DNA of 32,000 bases from Wigglesworthia glossinidia endosymbiont of Glossina brevipalpis (lineage in GTDB: Bacteria > Pseudomonadota > Gammaproteobacteria > Enterobacterales > Enterobacteriaceae): the NCBI GenBank assembly GCA_000008885.1, contig BA000021.3, positions 60,001 through 92,000 on the forward strand, given 5' to 3'. A model generated the notes under the pieces. It had not been told where the DNA came from. It made no database searches and saw only the letters and a list, made by a program, of their open reading frames with translations. How positions within the stretch are numbered: position 1 is the first letter of the stretch; each line of letters starts with the position of its first letter. Made by a program: the position numbers and the translations under genes. Shown one piece after another: positions 29,116 through 32,000 of the stretch.

Positions 29116-30117
29116 ATGTCTTATCATTTAGAAAAATTAAATATAAAATTTATTATCAATCAAGCTCTGATAGAAATAAAAAATTGTAAAAATATAAAAG
29201 AACTGGAATTGATTCGTATATATTGGATTGGTAAAAATGGATTTTTTTCTAAAAAAAATAAATTGTTAAATATATTATTTCCATACGAAGATTTTATAAA
29301 AAAAGACATGCTAAAAAAAGCATATAAAAAAATAAAATATATTTATTTTAAAAAAAAACAAAAAATAAAAAACAAAGAAATAAAAATAAAAATTTTTAAA
29401 GAGAAAATTGATATATCACTTCCAGGAAGGGATGTTTGTAATGGATCTTTTCATCCAATATCTAATATAATTAGATATTCGGAAAAATTTTTTTGTTCTT
29501 TAGGTTTTTCTATAGTTCATGGACATGAAGTGGAAAACATATATTACAATTTTGATGCATTAAATATTCCAGAAAATCATCCTTCTAGAACAGAACATGA
29601 TACATTTTGGATTAATGAAAATTGTCTTTTAAGAACACAAACTTCTGGAATACAAATTAAAGTTATGGAATCTAAAAAGCCTCCTCTAAAAATTATATCA
29701 TCAGGCAAAGTATATAGAAATGATCATGATAAAACACATACTCCAATGTTCCATCAACTAGAAGGATTAATGATAGATGAATGCATTGGAATATCAATAG
29801 TAAAATCCATCTTGTATGATTTTTGTTATAGTTTATTAGGTAAAAAAATAAAAATAAGATTTAGACCATCATATTTTCCATTTACAGAACCTTCTGCAGA
29901 AATAGACATAATGAACGAAGATGGAAAATGGATAGAAATATTAGGATGCGGAATTGTGCATCCTAAAATATTACACAATCTAAAAATAGATAGAAATAAA
30001 TATTCTGGAATGGCATTTGGTATCGGAATTGAAAGATTAGCAATGTTATATTATAAATTATCTGATGTTAGACCGTTATTTATTAATAATTTACGTTTTT
30101 TAAAACAATTTAAATAA
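29116..30117 (+). CDS. pheS: Phenylalanyl-tRNA synthetase alpha subunit
   Basis: 333 aa; SLPGRDVCNGSFHPI, FDALNIPENHPSRTEHDTFWI, LLRTQTSGIQIKVME, FRPSYFPFTEPSAEIDI, GFGIGIERL-like AFGIGIERLAMLYY. Confidence 0.98.
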   Translation: MSYHLEKLNIKFIINQALIEIKNCKNIKELELIRIYWIGKNGFFSKKNKLLNILFPYEDFIKKDMLKKAYKKIKYIYFKKKQKIKNKEIKIKIFKEKIDISLPGRDVCNGSFHPISNIIRYSEKFFCSLGFSIVHGHEVENIYYNFDALNIPENHPSRTEHDTFWINENCLLRTQTSGIQIKVMESKKPPLKIISSGKVYRNDHDKTHTPMFHQLEGLMIDECIGISIVKSILYDFCYSLLGKKIKIRFRPSYFPFTEPSAEIDIMNEDGKWIEILGCGIVHPKILHNLKIDRNKYSGMAFGIGIERLAMLYYKLSDVRPLFINNLRFLKQFK

Positions 30118-30127
30118 GCGAGAATAT

Positions 30128-32000
30128 ATGAATTTAAGCGAAATTTGGTTGAGGGAATATTTAAGTATAAATTTAGATTTAAATGAAATTATTAATAGAA
30201 TTACCAAAATAGGGCTAGAAGTGGAAAAAATTATTCCGGTTTCTATGAAATTTTCTGGAATTAAAATAGGAAAAGTTATTTCGTGCAAACAACATCCAAA
30301 ATGTAAAAAATTAAAAATCTTTTTAATTAAAATTAATAATAAAAATATTATTAATGTAATTTCAGATTATGATAAAAGCTTAATAAATAAAAAAATAGCA
30401 GTAGCCGTAAATGGATCTATATTACCTAATAGAACAATAGTAGAAAAAAAATTTTTATATGGATATGAATCATGTGGAATTTTTTGTACTTATGATCAGT
30501 TAAAAATTTTTGGATTAAAAGAAACATCTAAAGATATTATTGTTTTAGATAAAAACGCAATCATTGGCGAAGATATCAAAAATTATTTTTTTCTTAATGA
30601 CAATATTATTTGTATAAAAGTTTCACATAATAGATGTGATTGTTTAAACATTATTGGATTATCTAGAGCCATTTCTTCAGAATATAATGAATTATTAGAA
30701 AATAAATTAATAAATAAAATTAATTCAACAAAAGATTATGGATTTAAAATAAAAATAAATGAACCAGAAGCGTGCCCTAAGTATTTAACAAGAAAAATAA
30801 AATATATAAATCTAAATGTTAATACTCCAATATGGATTTCTGAAAGAATAAGAAGATCTGGATTTAAACCAAAAAATATTATTATAGATATCATAAATTA
30901 TGTATTTATAGAAACTGGACAAACAATTAAAATTTTTGACGCAGATAAGATATCAGGAAATATTACAGTAAGATTTTCTAAAGAAAAAGAATCAATGATG
31001 ATTTCAAAAAATAAAAAAATTATAATTCAAAAAAACACATTAGTTGTTTCTGATAAAAATTCTATAATAGAAATAGCTGGAATATTGTTAGGTTATTCTG
31101 CAAGAATTGATTCAAAAACTACCATAAATATTATTATTTCATCTGTTTTATACAGATCTAAATTTTTATTTGGAAATTCTGTTAAATATTGCATAAATTC
31201 TGATTTAGCTTATAGAAATGAAAGAAACATGATTGATCCAAATATACAGCATTTAGCTATAAATCGAGCTACAGAATTAATATTACGTTTTTGCTGTGGA
31301 AGTCCAGGTAAAATTATTAATTATATTAATAATAAATTTTTACCGAAAAAAATTTTAATAAAGCTTTACAAAAAAAAATTATATGAAATATTAGGATTTT
31401 TTATTTCAAAAAAATTAATAGAAAATATACTTTTATTATTAGGATATAAATATGAATTTATCAAAAATTATTGGAAAGTTAGTGTTCCAAGTTGGAGAAT
31501 GTGCAATGTAAAAATAGAAGAAGATTTAATAAGCGATATATCTCGTTTTTATGGATTCGAAAAAATACCTATTGATTTAAGTTACAAGAAAATAAAATAT
31601 AATAATTGTAAATATAATATAAATACATTAAATAATGCAAAGAAATTATTAACAAATAGAGGATATCAAGAAATTATTTCATATACTTTTGTTGATAAAA
31701 ATATACAAAACATTATACATCCAAATAAAATTCCTGTACCTATTATTAATCCAATTTCTACTGAAATGTCTGTATTAAGATTATCATTTTTTACTAATTT
31801 TATTCAAACAATTTTATATAATCAAAATAGACAAACAAAATATATAAAAATATTTGAAAGTGGATTTTGTTTTTCGAAAAATAAAAAATATAAGTTAGGA
31901 ATTAAACAAAGTTTTTTTATATCAGGAGCAGTTTCTGGTTTTAAAAATGTAGAATCTTGGTATTCTAAGCAAAGGGAGATAGATTTTTTTGACATAAAAG
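30128..32000 (+). CDS. pheT: Phenylalanyl-tRNA synthetase beta subunit, partial at window end
   Basis: Manual translation from the ATG at 30128 is open to the window edge (~624 codons): MNLSEIWLREYLSINLDLNEIINRITKIGLEVEKI ... CKQHPKCKKLKIFLIKI ... VPSWRMCNVKIEEDLISDISRFYGFEKIP ... NQNRQTKYIKIFESGFCF. Not in the supplied track because it lacks a stop in the window. Confidence 0.97.
   Translation, partial: MNLSEIWLREYLSINLDLNEIINRITKIGLEVEKIIPVSMKFSGIKIGKVISCKQHPKCKKLKIFLIKINNKNIINVISDYDKSLINKKIAVAVNGSILPNRTIVEKKFLYGYESCGIFCTYDQLKIFGLKETSKDIIVLDKNAIIGEDIKNYFFLNDNIICIKVSHNRCDCLNIIGLSRAISSEYNELLENKLINKINSTKDYGFKIKINEPEACPKYLTRKIKYINLNVNTPIWISERIRRSGFKPKNIIIDIINYVFIETGQTIKIFDADKISGNITVRFSKEKESMMISKNKKIIIQKNTLVVSDKNSIIEIAGILLGYSARIDSKTTINIIISSVLYRSKFLFGNSVKYCINSDLAYRNERNMIDPNIQHLAINRATELILRFCCGSPGKIINYINNKFLPKKILIKLYKKKLYEILGFFISKKLIENILLLLGYKYEFIKNYWKVSVPSWRMCNVKIEEDLISDISRFYGFEKIPIDLSYKKIKYNNCKYNINTLNNAKKLLTNRGYQEIISYTFVDKNIQNIIHPNKIPVPIINPISTEMSVLRLSFFTNFIQTILYNQNRQTKYIKIFESGFCFSKNKKYKLGIKQSFFISGAVSGFKNVESWYSKQREIDFFDIK

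Noticed and set aside
26996-30288. Minus-strand ORFs 26996..27181, 28352..28576 and 30100..30288
   Set aside because: Antisense to thrS, rpmI and the start of pheT, all of which have strong conserved sequence.
31368-31378. A9 tract in pheT as a frameshift
   Set aside because: Manual translation stays in frame on both sides (LYKKKLYEILGFFIS), so the gene is intact here.
1-32000. CRISPR arrays, mobile elements, prophage, toxin-antitoxin or defence systems, tRNA/rRNA genes
   Set aside because: No direct repeats with spacers, transposase/integrase motifs, or tRNA-like cloverleaf signals seen; content is housekeeping and flagellar genes.

Overview
This 32 kb window is a very AT-rich, gene-dense chromosomal segment of a reduced-genome gammaproteobacterial (Enterobacterales-type) insect endosymbiont. 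The full set fliC/fliD/fliS plus a fliE-F-G-H-I-J(-K) cluster suggests a Wigglesworthia-like lineage rather than Buchnera; that assignment is inference from gene content. Supported content in order: flagellar genes fliK(partial)-J-I-H-G-F / fliE / fliS-D / fliC; trhO; opgH(mdoH); gloB; rnhA/dnaQ; rsmD/ftsY-rpoH; hemL; erpA; mltC; yggX; a ~660 bp extremely AT-rich gene-free tract; an interrupted hemW-like gene; rdgB; proC; yggS; thrS-infC-rpmI-rplT-pheS-pheT(partial). I found no mobile element, CRISPR, phage, tRNA/rRNA gene or convincing new multi-gene system. The most interesting signals are: (1) a hemW-derived gene that has lost all three radical-SAM cysteines and is also split at an A9 tract; (2) apparent loss of editing-site residues in both ThrRS and PheRS-beta; (3) a near-perfect sigma-28 (FliA) promoter plus strong terminator around a full-length, less AT-rich fliC; (4) a 128-codon GTG-start fliK-position ORF absent from the supplied track; (5) an A12 homopolymer inside dnaQ at a domain junction; (6) an AUU-start infC; and (7) a rplT-pheS attenuator-like hairpin with no recognisable pheM. 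Comparisons with E. coli proteins are from memory, not computed.
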